A DNA stretch of 47,459 bases, taken from a virus. This document shows, one piece after another, positions 1 through 9,187 of the stretch. Numbering within the stretch: position 1 is the first letter of the stretch; each line of letters begins with the position of its first letter. A model generated the notes under the pieces. That model saw only the letters and a list, made by a program, of their open reading frames with translations. It did not search any database and had not been told where the DNA came from. Where the stretch lies: IMG/VR virus record IMGVR_UViG_3300045988_079530, positions 1-47,459 of that record; one strand, given 5' to 3'. The position numbers and the translations under genes are program-made.

Positions 1-119
1 CCTTTTTTTGTCCCGAACAATGAAGAAACATCTATTTGCTTAGTTAATTCCTTATCTGCTTTCTGTAACTCGTAAAGTTCCCTTCTAGCATTTTTAGCAG
101 CTTCCGAGAAATTATCTAC
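1..119. repeat. Terminal direct repeat, copy 1 (circular-closure overlap)
   Basis: Bases 1-119 are base-for-base identical to 47341-47459. The identity ends only because the window ends. Confidence 0.95.
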
Positions 120-1451
120 TTCTTTCTGTAGAGCCTGCTGATACTGGCTTCCTCCTAGCTGAGAAGTAAGACCGACACCGCCACCAGCTACCGTCATAGA
201 AGAACCTTGGGCTTTTGCTTTTTCTAAAGCCAGTTCAGCCTTTTCCTGTTTATTCAATGCTTCCGTAACCTGTTTTTCAAGCTCCAGTCTTCTTTCAGCA
301 TTCTGCGTAAGCTGATCCTGTATTGCTCTAGCTTTAGCAGCCTTTATAAGAGAATCAGTAAGCTCTAGATATTTCTCCGATGCCTCTCCTGCCAGTATAG
401 CTTCGTTAGACATGTTTTCAAAATAGTCCGGATATTCTCTTTTAAGGTCTTGAACAGCTTCCTTCCTTAACTCTGTAGACTTAGTAACATCTTGAGTAGT
501 TTCGTATATAAGTTTTAACTTAACAATGTCCTTCTGAGATTCTGAGATACCTTTGCTTAACGCATCATTTACCTGCTCAGTAGACTTCTTAAAGCTATCC
601 ATTGCAGATTTCCCCTTAATCAGACTACCTACATAAGTAAATAAGTCCTTTCCGTACACCGTTAATAATGTTATACCTATAGACATAGCAGTATTATAAG
701 AAAGAAAAGCCTTTCCTACACTCTTCCATATAGGAACGGTTGCTTTTCCTTCCGCTGCTGCTGCTGCGTTGGCCGCTTTTAGCTTGTTTATTTCATCGAC
801 CAGCATAGGAATGTTATTAGATATAGCCAAGAAGAAAGTATTAGCTGAAACCGCTAAAGAAGGTAGTTCACGGACAAGCTGGGCAGCTGAAACCCCTAGT
901 CCATCCCAAGAACTTTTATAATTACCCACATTTAAAGTATATTTACCTGTAGCTTCCTGTAATTGCTTCATCCTAGCATAGATCTCGGCTGTCTGTTTTA
1001 CTAGAGCTTGTCCGGACTTAGTGTTTTCTAGATATTCCTGTGACAGCTTATTAATTCTCATTTTATTAAGAGAATACTGAGCAGACAACTTATCGTAGCT
1101 ACCTTCCATAGCTGAGTTAAGACGGGCCATTATCTTATTTAAATTAGCCTGTTCCCTCTGCTGCTCTTTCAGATAGGCCAGTTCTTTTGCTGTATCGCTC
1201 AAAGCGAAATCTAAATCTTTCTGTGCTTTCGCGAGTTTATCCACTTCATTAACTACTTTTGGAATCTGTTTTCTAGGTTCCTCGGTTGCCCCGGACAACT
1301 TTTCCAGTGTCTTCTGTAAATCTTCGGCTCTCTTCTGAATATCGGAATACATCTTATTATATCCTTCATTCAGCTGAGTTAGTTGCTGTATAGCTTTCTC
1401 TATAGATCCATCCGGAGAAATCAGATCTGAATATTTTATAGGATTATCCAT
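1..1451 (-). CDS. Tape measure protein, N-terminal part. The gene is split by linearisation and continues from 47340 down to 45900, ~963 aa in total.
   Basis: Hand translation from the ATG at 1451 (MDNPIKYSDLISPDG...) stays open to base 1. Through the 119-bp overlap it is in frame with ORF 45900..47360 (...KQIDVSSLFGTKKG...). 1451+1441 nt = 2892 nt = 964 codons. The protein is K/E/Q/A-rich and coiled-coil-like, and the gene lies directly upstream of the tail-tip genes. It is missing from the ORF track because it has no stop inside the window. Confidence 0.8.
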   Translation of the reverse strand, partial: MDNPIKYSDLISPDGSIEKAIQQLTQLNEGYNKMYSDIQKRAEDLQKTLEKLSGATEEPRKQIPKVVNEVDKLAKAQKDLDFALSDTAKELAYLKEQQREQANLNKIMARLNSAMEGSYDKLSAQYSLNKMRINKLSQEYLENTKSGQALVKQTAEIYARMKQLQEATGKYTLNVGNYKSSWDGLGVSAAQLVRELPSLAVSANTFFLAISNNIPMLVDEINKLKAANAAAAAEGKATVPIWKSVGKAFLSYNTAMSIGITLLTVYGKDLFTYVGSLIKGKSAMDSFKKSTEQVNDALSKGISESQKDIVKLKLIYETTQDVTKSTELRKEAVQDLKREYPDYFENMSNEAILAGEASEKYLELTDSLIKAAKARAIQDQLTQNAERRLELEKQVTEALNKQEKAELALEKAKAQGSSMTVAGGGVGLTSQLGGSQYQQALQKEVDNFSEAAKNARRELYELQKADKELTKQIDVSSLFGTKK

Positions 1452-1546
1452 ATCTTTAATTTTACTTGTTATTTAAATCAAATTTCACGTATTTCCCACG
1501 TTTTTATATTCGCAATGCAATTTATCAAATAATACATTAAAAGCTC

Positions 1547-2296
1547 TTATTTCGCCTTATTTTTCTTTGCTATTTTTTTTATGTAGTCAAAGGCATTATA
1601 AAACTGCATAACTGACATTTCTTTTGGATTTACTTGCACATTGTGCGCCAGTATAAGACACATTTCCTCAAATTGCTTATCGTAGGATATTTCTACGCTA
1701 TTTCTACCCCAAAATATCCGGGGCTTAGCCAGCAGTGCGAGCTGTGTTTCTAACTTTTCGCATTTACTACTAACATCATCCCCGGATATTATATGCTTTA
1801 ATCGCAACAAGGTATGATCTTTTAGCAGGTCAAAATATTCCTTTACGGAAGCATCTTCAAACTTTCCCGGGAAATATAGACTTAACTCTCGATCAATTTT
1901 TTTTTTGACGAGATCCAAAATCCCATCTATCCAGCTTTTCTTAACCTCGTTCAGTATCTCCAGTACTTTTTTCAAACCCACATCGGAAAGATCATTCATT
2001 TCTTTTCCATCAATCTTATGTACTAGTACAGCAAAAGCCATATACTTTGGAGATATTTCTTCTGATATTAGATATATAGCCTGCCTCATATTCTCCATTT
2101 CTACTACGGCCATTTTAGGATTTGCGCTAATATATAATTTGGCCCGGTCTATATGATCTAACACATCATTCATATCGCTTCCTACTCCGCTGTCAATTAA
2201 CAGGTACTTGTTATACTTCTGAAATCTTACTATAGGAAGTTCATCTATACTATCATATAGTTCTACTACATGTTTATTTATTCTTTCTTGTCTCAT
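1547..2296 (-). CDS. Hypothetical protein in the tail-assembly-chaperone position, immediately upstream of the tape measure gene
   Basis: 249-aa ORF with no recognisable motif. The call is positional only. Confidence 0.45.
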   Translation of the reverse strand: MRQERINKHVVELYDSIDELPIVRFQKYNKYLLIDSGVGSDMNDVLDHIDRAKLYISANPKMAVVEMENMRQAIYLISEEISPKYMAFAVLVHKIDGKEMNDLSDVGLKKVLEILNEVKKSWIDGILDLVKKKIDRELSLYFPGKFEDASVKEYFDLLKDHTLLRLKHIISGDDVSSKCEKLETQLALLAKPRIFWGRNSVEISYDKQFEEMCLILAHNVQVNPKEMSVMQFYNAFDYIKKIAKKNKAK

Positions 2297-2297
2297 A

Positions 2298-2555
2298 TTA
2301 TATAAAATATCTAGCTAAAGGAGTAGCACAAAAAGCACACAAAACATATTCCCCGGTTCCGGTTACACAGGAAAAAACAACTGAAATAATTAAGCAGATC
2401 CACCAGCACAAGCAGAAGTCACAGCTAAAAAGATCAGATATTATTTTAGGGGAATATACCTGTATCTTTTCCCTTATTCCTACTTTGGTAATAAACAACA
2501 CTATCCAGCAAGTAATTAATGCTATAATAATAGCAGCACAAAGAAATTCTTTCAT
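2298..2555 (-). CDS. Small Cys-rich integral membrane protein (DUF1360-like SCxFCxxWW motif)
   Basis: 85 aa with 9 Cys and hydrophobic helices (AAIIIALITCWIVLFI, WWICLIISVVF). It overlaps the upstream gene's stop by 4 nt, and GGGAGGAC lies upstream of the ATG. Confidence 0.5.
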   Translation of the reverse strand: MKEFLCAAIIIALITCWIVLFITKVGIREKIQVYSPKIISDLFSCDFCLCWWICLIISVVFSCVTGTGEYVLCAFCATPLARYFI

Positions 2556-3124
2556 TTGCAGTCCTCCCGATAAATTATATTTCCTTCTATTCTTAACCCT
2601 GCGTATGGGTACATTAAAAATTGCGTGTCTACTTCCTTTAGAGAATACTTCTTAAATATATTATTGGCATCCTCATAGAATCTGTCAAGAACGATCCTAG
2701 ATCCATCCGGCATTACAATTTCGCTTAATGCTCTAAGGAACTGCCTTTTTATTTCCTCGGTATTTCTTTCTTGATTTCCCGGGAATATAGTTCTTAGGTC
2801 ATACCAGCAGATCAGCGCAAATTTCGTAGTAATAACGCTGCGTTTCCATTGGGCAAAGTCTATCTCTTGCGGATCATCAATATCGAAGAAAGTTCTATTT
2901 CCTAGATTCTCTCCCGGAAGCACATTCAAGTACTCATTTCCCCCAATATAGACACCGGGGTAATAATACTCTTTTCCATCCATCAATTTAACCAGCTTTT
3001 GAACCTTTCCAAAAGCAAAATTAAGCCATCCTATCTTTTCAATAAGATAGTCTTGTATATGCGCTAAAACCCGGTCTATCATTACCGGGTTACTCAGTTT
3101 AGGCGCTTGTGGTAAATTATTCAT
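2552..3124 (-). CDS. Hypothetical virion (neck/tail) protein
   Basis: 190-aa ORF in the morphogenesis operon, coupled by short overlaps to both neighbours. Confidence 0.5.
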   Translation of the reverse strand: MNNLPQAPKLSNPVMIDRVLAHIQDYLIEKIGWLNFAFGKVQKLVKLMDGKEYYYPGVYIGGNEYLNVLPGENLGNRTFFDIDDPQEIDFAQWKRSVITTKFALICWYDLRTIFPGNQERNTEEIKRQFLRALSEIVMPDGSRIVLDRFYEDANNIFKKYSLKEVDTQFLMYPYAGLRIEGNIIYREDCK

Positions 3125-3560
3125 ATCCTAACTCTTTTTTTAATTCTTTTATCAGTCTAGGTATGTAGAAATTATGACATAAATACTTAACCATTCCATC
3201 CTGCAAACCTAGTATTTCGTCTCCATATTTTTGCACCAGTCTTTCAGTCTTCCAGTCACTAGCCTTAATCTCAAAGCCATCGGGCAAATATTGTACCCAA
3301 ATAGACGATTGCCATTCAAAGGTATCTCTTAAAGTTACCCTGTTAGTAGGCTGTCCCTTTTTCTTTTTTATAGCTATTGTCTCGGCAGTATATCCCGGAG
3401 TTATCTTCTTTCCGTCTCTATTTTCTCCATCATCGTATAACTGGGAAATATTCATTTCTATTATTGTATCTTCTGCCTCTATTGTACCAGCTTCCATGTA
3501 GGTATTAATATTATCCTTAAACCTATTCAGCTTTTCGATAAGGTTAGTTATTTTATCCAT
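3117..3560 (-). CDS. Hypothetical virion (neck/tail) protein
   Basis: The ORF-track frame begins at 3590. MDKITNLIEK at 3560 is the more likely start. Confidence 0.5.
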   Translation of the reverse strand: MDKITNLIEKLNRFKDNINTYMEAGTIEAEDTIIEMNISQLYDDGENRDGKKITPGYTAETIAIKKKKGQPTNRVTLRDTFEWQSSIWVQYLPDGFEIKASDWKTERLVQKYGDEILGLQDGMVKYLCHNFYIPRLIKELKKELGYE

Positions 3561-3611
3561 AATACAATTTTTGAAAGAAATTATATACAATATTTCTATG
3601 AAATTATATAT

Positions 3612-4790
3612 TTACGTTGTCGTAAAATAGATCCCTTCATCTTGACAAGGGAGACAAATTCTATTCATTCCGGTAGTATCTACGTCCAAAGCATTCATAG
3701 CTTGATCCAGCCTGTACATTATTCCACTCTTCTTAACTCCTTGGCTGTCTCCATCCAATTCATACAAAAGCTCATTTCTATTGAAATTCTGCTGCATTCG
3801 ATTAATTCTAAAACTTGGGTTATAAGCGAACTCTCTTATCATGTCAGCAGCTACTTGCAACCCGATCACGTTTTGAAATGCCTTTCTTTGGCTGATTATT
3901 ATATCAGTCAAATCGCATTCCAGTGTCACTCTAAGATTAATTCCATAGTTGGTTTGGTATGTATAGATATTACTTTGAATATCCCACATTTTCATTTCAT
4001 CATTGGCCGGGGTTTTAAATGGGTGGATTTCTAGGTACTTGCTCCATGCTTGCCAATTCAAATAATCTACCCTACTACAGGTAGAACACGGCCCCTTACT
4101 CCAGTCTCTATTTTTCTGAACAGCTTGCATTCTTTCCGGAAGTTTAGTCTGATCGTAGCATAAGAACCATGATCCCCCGGCATCGGTATCTTCGCTTTCG
4201 TATGGCAAAAACAGATCATCCATATCTAGCCATTGCATACCCCCGGATTTGGTATAATTTACTTCTATCTGCTGAATAGGATCGGGACTACTGCTATGAA
4301 ATACATAAAGAGTAAAGTTCCCATTCTTGTTAAACTGAACCCCGATCTTTTCCACCTTCAAAGTTACTCCTTGCGCTCTTACAGGTACTATTTCAAAGCC
4401 TACTATACTATTTGTATTTCTTACCACATCAGATAACCTTCCGGCACCATCGAATAAGGTCTTACTCTCCAGCAGATTCTTTATTGTTCTTTTTGCTAGT
4501 TTTTCGCTATAAAACGATTCTATAGCCTTTAATATACTAGCACCCGTCTTCTGCTCTAGCCACTCGGAGAAAAGCGCATTTTCGTCTTTATCATCCCCTT
4601 CATACTGGGAAAAGTCCGGAGCAATGCTTTTAATGTTCTCTAGAGTTAATAGGGGGTGCATGTCTTGGTAATATTGCCCAGTCTCACTTTTAGTCAGTTC
4701 ATCAGATAAAGATATAGCAGTCTTATCGTAGTTCTGCCTCCATCCTATCAGATGTATTAATTTCTGCTTAATATCTTCCGGTCTATACAT
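3612..4790 (-). CDS. Hypothetical structural protein, 392 aa, first gene after the capsid-gene terminator
   Basis: Long ORF in the late operon with no motif I recognise. It could be a major tail or head-completion component. Confidence 0.5.
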   Translation of the reverse strand: MYRPEDIKQKLIHLIGWRQNYDKTAISLSDELTKSETGQYYQDMHPLLTLENIKSIAPDFSQYEGDDKDENALFSEWLEQKTGASILKAIESFYSEKLAKRTIKNLLESKTLFDGAGRLSDVVRNTNSIVGFEIVPVRAQGVTLKVEKIGVQFNKNGNFTLYVFHSSSPDPIQQIEVNYTKSGGMQWLDMDDLFLPYESEDTDAGGSWFLCYDQTKLPERMQAVQKNRDWSKGPCSTCSRVDYLNWQAWSKYLEIHPFKTPANDEMKMWDIQSNIYTYQTNYGINLRVTLECDLTDIIISQRKAFQNVIGLQVAADMIREFAYNPSFRINRMQQNFNRNELLYELDGDSQGVKKSGIMYRLDQAMNALDVDTTGMNRICLPCQDEGIYFTTT

Positions 4791-4800
4791 AATATTCAGT

Positions 4801-4836
4801 TTTAAAGTAAAAAGGGAGGGGCTAAAGCCTCTCCCC
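4801..4836 (-). terminator. Rho-independent terminator after the major capsid gene
   Basis: GC-rich 9-bp stem (gggaggggc/gcctctccc, one mismatch) with a taaa loop, followed on the minus strand by TTTTTACTTT. Confidence 0.75.
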
Positions 4837-4858
4837 TTATTTAAAAATCATTTCCTTC

Positions 4859-5977
4859 TTACTCTGCTGCTGCTGCATCCTTAGTGTAAACAGGAGATTC
4901 TTTCGTGTTAGCGATAATAACCTGCTGAGTATCGGCTGCGGCCTCAGAAGCAATTTCTACCTTAATGATAGGGCTTGCAATAGTACTCGGTGCGCTGTTA
5001 TATGCAGTCACTACAGCCACATCTACAGCAAATCCATAATGCTGTTTCAAGTTTCTTGTCATATCCGCTGTAGCAGCCCCGGCAATGGCATTGAAGTCCC
5101 CTACGCTTTCATAGTAGTAAGTACCCACCGGAATATTAATCATCGGAAGGTTTTCTATTCCCCATTCGTGACCAGTACGAGACTTGGTACCTAGCAAGCA
5201 TTCTCTTTCGAACCGGAACAACAAGCCGAGATTTCCATCAGTAACAGCATAAGCCGTTGCGAACTTCTGACTTTCGTTTGTGATTTCATTGGTAAAATGC
5301 AGGATTTTATCAGAGAATTCCAGCTGTTTGTTTACTTCATTGTAAAGCCCCTTTTCTGTCATTTTCCGAATAATACTTTCAATTCCGGCATTACCTACCA
5401 AATGGATCTGACCAAAGTAATCGTTAGCTGCCATAATCGGGTTAATATCTCCGATCACGTTTTCCCGGTTTTTCCAAGCACATTGTACAGCATTACCTGT
5501 TGTCTGATAGTTCAGCTTATCTTTGAAGACCTGCGTCTTTGCTGTACCCAAAGCAGTCGCACACAGGTTATCCAGTTTCTTAGCAAAAGCATAGAGATAC
5601 TTGTTGAACTTAACTTCAAAATCTCGCTGCATGGAAATTTCATTGTTCATATACATAGCCGGAACAATGGTAAAGCCCCAAGACAGAGTAGTGAAGTTAA
5701 TCTGAAACATCTTCGATTCATTTTCGCTATCCGGGATTTCTACGGCTCTTGTGCTACCTATAGAAATTCCCGAATCGTAGTTAATGACAGGGGTTTCAAA
5801 AGTATTTCCGATACTTTCTTCTGCTTTTTTACGCATTTCCGGGGTTAGAATCCCGTTAGGATCATTGCTCTGTTGCATGAATACGTCCAAAGCGCCATAA
5901 CGGCTAGGGCGATACTCATTTTTGTCTAGGTTGCTAGACGCACGCATGTTTTGCATTCTTGTCGCTAGTAAGCTCAT
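4859..5977 (-). CDS. Major capsid protein (putative)
   Basis: 372 aa, directly downstream of a scaffold-like gene and followed by a strong terminator. This is the classic portal-scaffold-capsid order. No family motif was verified. Confidence 0.6.
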   Translation of the reverse strand: MSLLATRMQNMRASSNLDKNEYRPSRYGALDVFMQQSNDPNGILTPEMRKKAEESIGNTFETPVINYDSGISIGSTRAVEIPDSENESKMFQINFTTLSWGFTIVPAMYMNNEISMQRDFEVKFNKYLYAFAKKLDNLCATALGTAKTQVFKDKLNYQTTGNAVQCAWKNRENVIGDINPIMAANDYFGQIHLVGNAGIESIIRKMTEKGLYNEVNKQLEFSDKILHFTNEITNESQKFATAYAVTDGNLGLLFRFERECLLGTKSRTGHEWGIENLPMINIPVGTYYYESVGDFNAIAGAATADMTRNLKQHYGFAVDVAVVTAYNSAPSTIASPIIKVEIASEAAADTQQVIIANTKESPVYTKDAAAAE

Positions 5978-6034
5978 AATTTTCTCTTTTTAGTGGTTAA
6001 TACTAATTTTATTTTTACGTGTTACCCTTGCACG

Positions 6035-6976
6035 TTATTCCATTTTCATTTTGTCTACTCCGTTTTCTTTGCGGATCTTTAACGCTTCATCTGCGAATTC
6101 TTTACTACCCCGGGTATAACCTAAGGCCATCAGATGTTTTGCTATCTTTTCGTCAGCTTCTACCTGCGAGGAAACACCGGAAAAGTCGATTGCATTATTA
6201 CCAGCTCCAGTCGGGCTTCCGCTTCCAGTTCCGGCACCAGTCTGTCTTCTTCCGGTTTCGATAACGTCTTTAAGCTCGCGAGTTAAAAGCTCTCCAGCAG
6301 TAAATGGATTCAGCTTATTTTCCGGATTCGTCATAATATTACCAGCAGAATCACGGAATACCAATTTCTTTGTACCATTATCTTCTACCCAGTCGGCCTT
6401 ACCTGTGCTAAGAACAGATCTCTTTGCAGATTCGATCAAAGTCTTCTGTACACTCTCCGGATAGATACTCTTGAACTTAATTCCTTGCAGAGCTTTGGTA
6501 AACTCTCCATCGATTAAGCTGTTCTGATACTGAGAATTAAGATTATTATATCTTTCCTCCCAGCTCTTCTTATCTACGTCATAAAGCTGCTTAGTATCTG
6601 CCAGCTGCTTCTGCGCATCCTTTAACTGCTGTGCAATAGCTTCGCTTCCCTTTCCTTCCGCAATGGTTTTTTTGTAGCCTTCGATCTCTTTTTGCAGATC
6701 AGAAACCTTTTTGTTAAGTCCGTCATAACCTTCCGCTTTAGTCTTATAATCGGTAAGAACTCTTTTTACGAAATTGAAGGACTTTTCATCCTGCTGCTTA
6801 GATATTCCTGTTACCTCAAGAACGTCTTTATCGTATTGTCTGTGCAGCTCTCCGATTCTGTTACCGATAACCGTATTTTCATCGTTTTTAGAAAGTTCTT
6901 CTATAGCTGCCACCTGTTCATCGCTTAAAGCGCTTAAAGCTGTGTTAGCTCTTAATATATCTCTAGTTAAAGCCAT
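6035..6976 (-). CDS. Scaffolding protein (GP20/phage-scaffold-like, putative)
   Basis: 313 aa, with a charged coiled-coil middle (KKVSDLQKEIEGYKKTIAEGKG...AQKQLADTKQLY). It lies between the portal and capsid genes. Confidence 0.55.
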   Translation of the reverse strand: MALTRDILRANTALSALSDEQVAAIEELSKNDENTVIGNRIGELHRQYDKDVLEVTGISKQQDEKSFNFVKRVLTDYKTKAEGYDGLNKKVSDLQKEIEGYKKTIAEGKGSEAIAQQLKDAQKQLADTKQLYDVDKKSWEERYNNLNSQYQNSLIDGEFTKALQGIKFKSIYPESVQKTLIESAKRSVLSTGKADWVEDNGTKKLVFRDSAGNIMTNPENKLNPFTAGELLTRELKDVIETGRRQTGAGTGSGSPTGAGNNAIDFSGVSSQVEADEKIAKHLMALGYTRGSKEFADEALKIRKENGVDKMKME

Positions 6977-6986
6977 AATATTTTTT

Positions 6987-7346
6987 TTAGATGTTTTCGT
7001 TAGGGTTCCACAATACCGTTACTTCATAACCTAGCATATCAGCATTGCTCTTGTCGTTCTCGTTCTTTTTCGAAGTCAAAGCCGAGAATTCGGTTTTAGT
7101 GAACTTCTGCACAAAAGGAGTAGATAACTTTTTCCCTGTTCTGCTATCGAATCTAGGCTTATCCAACAGGACATGGAATAGATGCTTTTCGGAGTTATCC
7201 GGAACGTAATCTTTTTTAAGCTGTTCCTTCTCCTTCTGATCCATTTCTTCCTGTGTTTCCACTTCCGTCTTTTCCAGTTTTACCTGCTGATCCATCTGTT
7301 CCTGCATTTTGTCCAGCACTGATGTTTGTTCGCTGTTCTTCGGCAT
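6987..7346 (-). CDS. Hypothetical protein with an E/K/Q-rich N-terminus
   Basis: 119-aa ORF whose first 131 nt overlap the end of the portal ORF out of frame. The true start is uncertain; internal Met codons lie at 7307, 7295 and 7244. Confidence 0.4.
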   Translation of the reverse strand: MPKNSEQTSVLDKMQEQMDQQVKLEKTEVETQEEMDQKEKEQLKKDYVPDNSEKHLFHVLLDKPRFDSRTGKKLSTPFVQKFTKTEFSALTSKKNENDKSNADMLGYEVTVLWNPNENI

Positions 7347-9027
7347 AATCTTTAAATTTAGAATTAATAATACTTATTTTCTTATCGAACGAAAGCGCAC
7401 TACCAAATTCAATTATATTAATGTTCTCCCGTTCAAATCTTTCCACAAATGTAGCGAAATTTATTTTTATAAGCATCAAAATAGGATCAATAAGTTGCTT
7501 ACTATATAAATTTTGCATTTCATTAATAGTCAAATGCCTATAAGGTTCTAGCTGTTTAAGAATCAGCATCCTCTGTAATTGCACAGGGTTATTCCTGTTT
7601 TCTGTTGCAATTATCTGATCTAAGATCACGTCTAGCCGGGCTTCGCTGGCTCCGCTTTTCTTGGAATTATCGTAAATAGTCTGCAAGTCTTCTACCGTGT
7701 AAAGATAGAATTCATTTCCCCAGTTAATGTTACTACTAAGGAAGTTTTCTCCGTATCTTAATCTACAGATAGTATCATCTACGAATTTCTGAGCCTTTTC
7801 GAAATTGGTTTTAAGACTTAGCAGAACATTTTTCTTGTCCTCAAAGTTAGCATCTACCTGTTTTTCGTTAATACTTTCCTTCTGCTGCACCTCCCCTCCT
7901 GTTCCAGTTACTTTCCTGTATATTTCATCTGCCAGCCTCTTTTCCTCGTTTACGTTATAGTTAAGGCTATTAATATCAACCGTGGTTATCGTAATAGGGT
8001 TTCTCAGATCCGGAGTATTATCTTTAGGTATTGGAACCTCTATAAGAGATCCAGCCCCGGCCAGCTTCTTCTGACTACAAATAGGACATCTTTCTACGCT
8101 TCCATCCCTTAATAATTTATATTCTCCTTGAATGTTTCGGAGAAATCCACCGTCACAATAGTCCCCGGTTGAATTATTCCGGAAATTACAATTAGCCTTA
8201 TAAGAAGAATAGATAGGGTAAGGCGCATAAAGATCTAAATGCTTTTTAGAGATCCTAAAAAATAGCAGCCAGTCTAAGTTACCCAGCTGTGGAGATAACG
8301 GGCTTTTCTTTATATCCGGCAATTCTTCCGATGTTGGAGTAGTCCAAAAGAACTTAGCAGGGCAGTAACCTAGACTATGTGTAGTTTCGGAAATAAGATC
8401 TCCCACTTTCCCTTTTTGGTCGATCTCAAATACCCTCATATACACATCATCGAATTCCGCTATTCTATTCTCCGGCTGTTTGAATATGATCCATTCTAAG
8501 TTATCTCCCTTTAAACTATAGTCTATCACATTTTCAATAGCCAACCAGTAGAAATAAGGTTCGGGAAATTCTGTAGTCTGTTCCTGTGGCAGATCTACGA
8601 CCAGCACGCTATTAATAGCCGTTTTCATAGCAGACCATCCCTTAGTCTTCCAAACATTCGGTTCTCCTAACACCTCCTGTCTGTACCATTCCCAATCGTC
8701 TTTTAATGTGCTGTCTAAAAACTGGAAATTGACGGCAGAATTTCTACCGTCAAAAACTCTTTCCAGTTCTTCATAGATCTTATCCGAAAGCTCTATGTTT
8801 GGAGTAGGGAACTTAAACAAGGAAAGGAAAATCGCAAATTTATCTTTAGGGATAAGCCTTCTAACCCAGTCTGCAAATTCAGTAAACGGGGCTGCTATCT
8901 CCATAGAAGACATGTAACTTTCCGTATGAAAGCGAAGCCGGGCTTGATGCCTAATAGCTTTATCAATTATTTGCTTTTTGCTCGGCCTTTGCACTATTTC
9001 CTTGATTTGTTCTCTTAGTAATGCCAT
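7216..9027 (-). CDS. Portal protein (putative)
   Basis: ~603 aa counted from MALLREQIKEIV (the ORF-track start at 9078 is probably an extension). Its size and its position between terminase and scaffold are the only evidence. Confidence 0.5.
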   Translation of the reverse strand: MALLREQIKEIVQRPSKKQIIDKAIRHQARLRFHTESYMSSMEIAAPFTEFADWVRRLIPKDKFAIFLSLFKFPTPNIELSDKIYEELERVFDGRNSAVNFQFLDSTLKDDWEWYRQEVLGEPNVWKTKGWSAMKTAINSVLVVDLPQEQTTEFPEPYFYWLAIENVIDYSLKGDNLEWIIFKQPENRIAEFDDVYMRVFEIDQKGKVGDLISETTHSLGYCPAKFFWTTPTSEELPDIKKSPLSPQLGNLDWLLFFRISKKHLDLYAPYPIYSSYKANCNFRNNSTGDYCDGGFLRNIQGEYKLLRDGSVERCPICSQKKLAGAGSLIEVPIPKDNTPDLRNPITITTVDINSLNYNVNEEKRLADEIYRKVTGTGGEVQQKESINEKQVDANFEDKKNVLLSLKTNFEKAQKFVDDTICRLRYGENFLSSNINWGNEFYLYTVEDLQTIYDNSKKSGASEARLDVILDQIIATENRNNPVQLQRMLILKQLEPYRHLTINEMQNLYSKQLIDPILMLIKINFATFVERFERENINIIEFGSALSFDKKISIINSKFKDYAEEQRTNISAGQNAGTDGSAGKTGKDGSGNTGRNGSEGEGTA

Positions 9028-9187
9028 CGTAATAATCGAATTGATAAGGTGAATTATCCGGCAATTTCCATCCCCCATTATTGGGCATTCTCAGTATTCG
9101 CTCGGCATGATCTATTTCTAGATCTCTTGTCATTCCGTCTGCCGTAACCAACGTAACAATACTACCGGGCTTTCTTTCTATTCTCAT
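8963..9187 (-). CDS. Hypothetical protein, 74 aa
   Basis: The ORF overlaps the upstream stop by 4 nt (9184-9187). Confidence 0.4.
   Translation of the reverse strand: MRIERKPGSIVTLVTADGMTRDLEIDHAERILRMPNNGGWKLPDNSPYQFDYYDGITKRTNQGNSAKAEQKANN

Noticed and set aside
1453-2296. A programmed -1 frameshift (G/GT-type) in the chaperone position upstream of the tape measure.
   Set aside because: No overlapping downstream frame of useful length exists between 1453 and 1546, and I saw no obvious slippery heptamer. This cannot be supported from sequence alone.
5297-5848. Plus-strand ORFs from the track (for example 5297-5848, 9362-9751, 32558-33013, 41387-41815, 47107-47415 and some 40 others).
   Set aside because: All lie antisense to longer minus-strand genes with recognisable motifs or operon coupling. 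Their products are low-complexity or Leu/Ser/Phe-rich shadow translations typical of A/T-rich DNA. Only 36100-36396 has a real domain.
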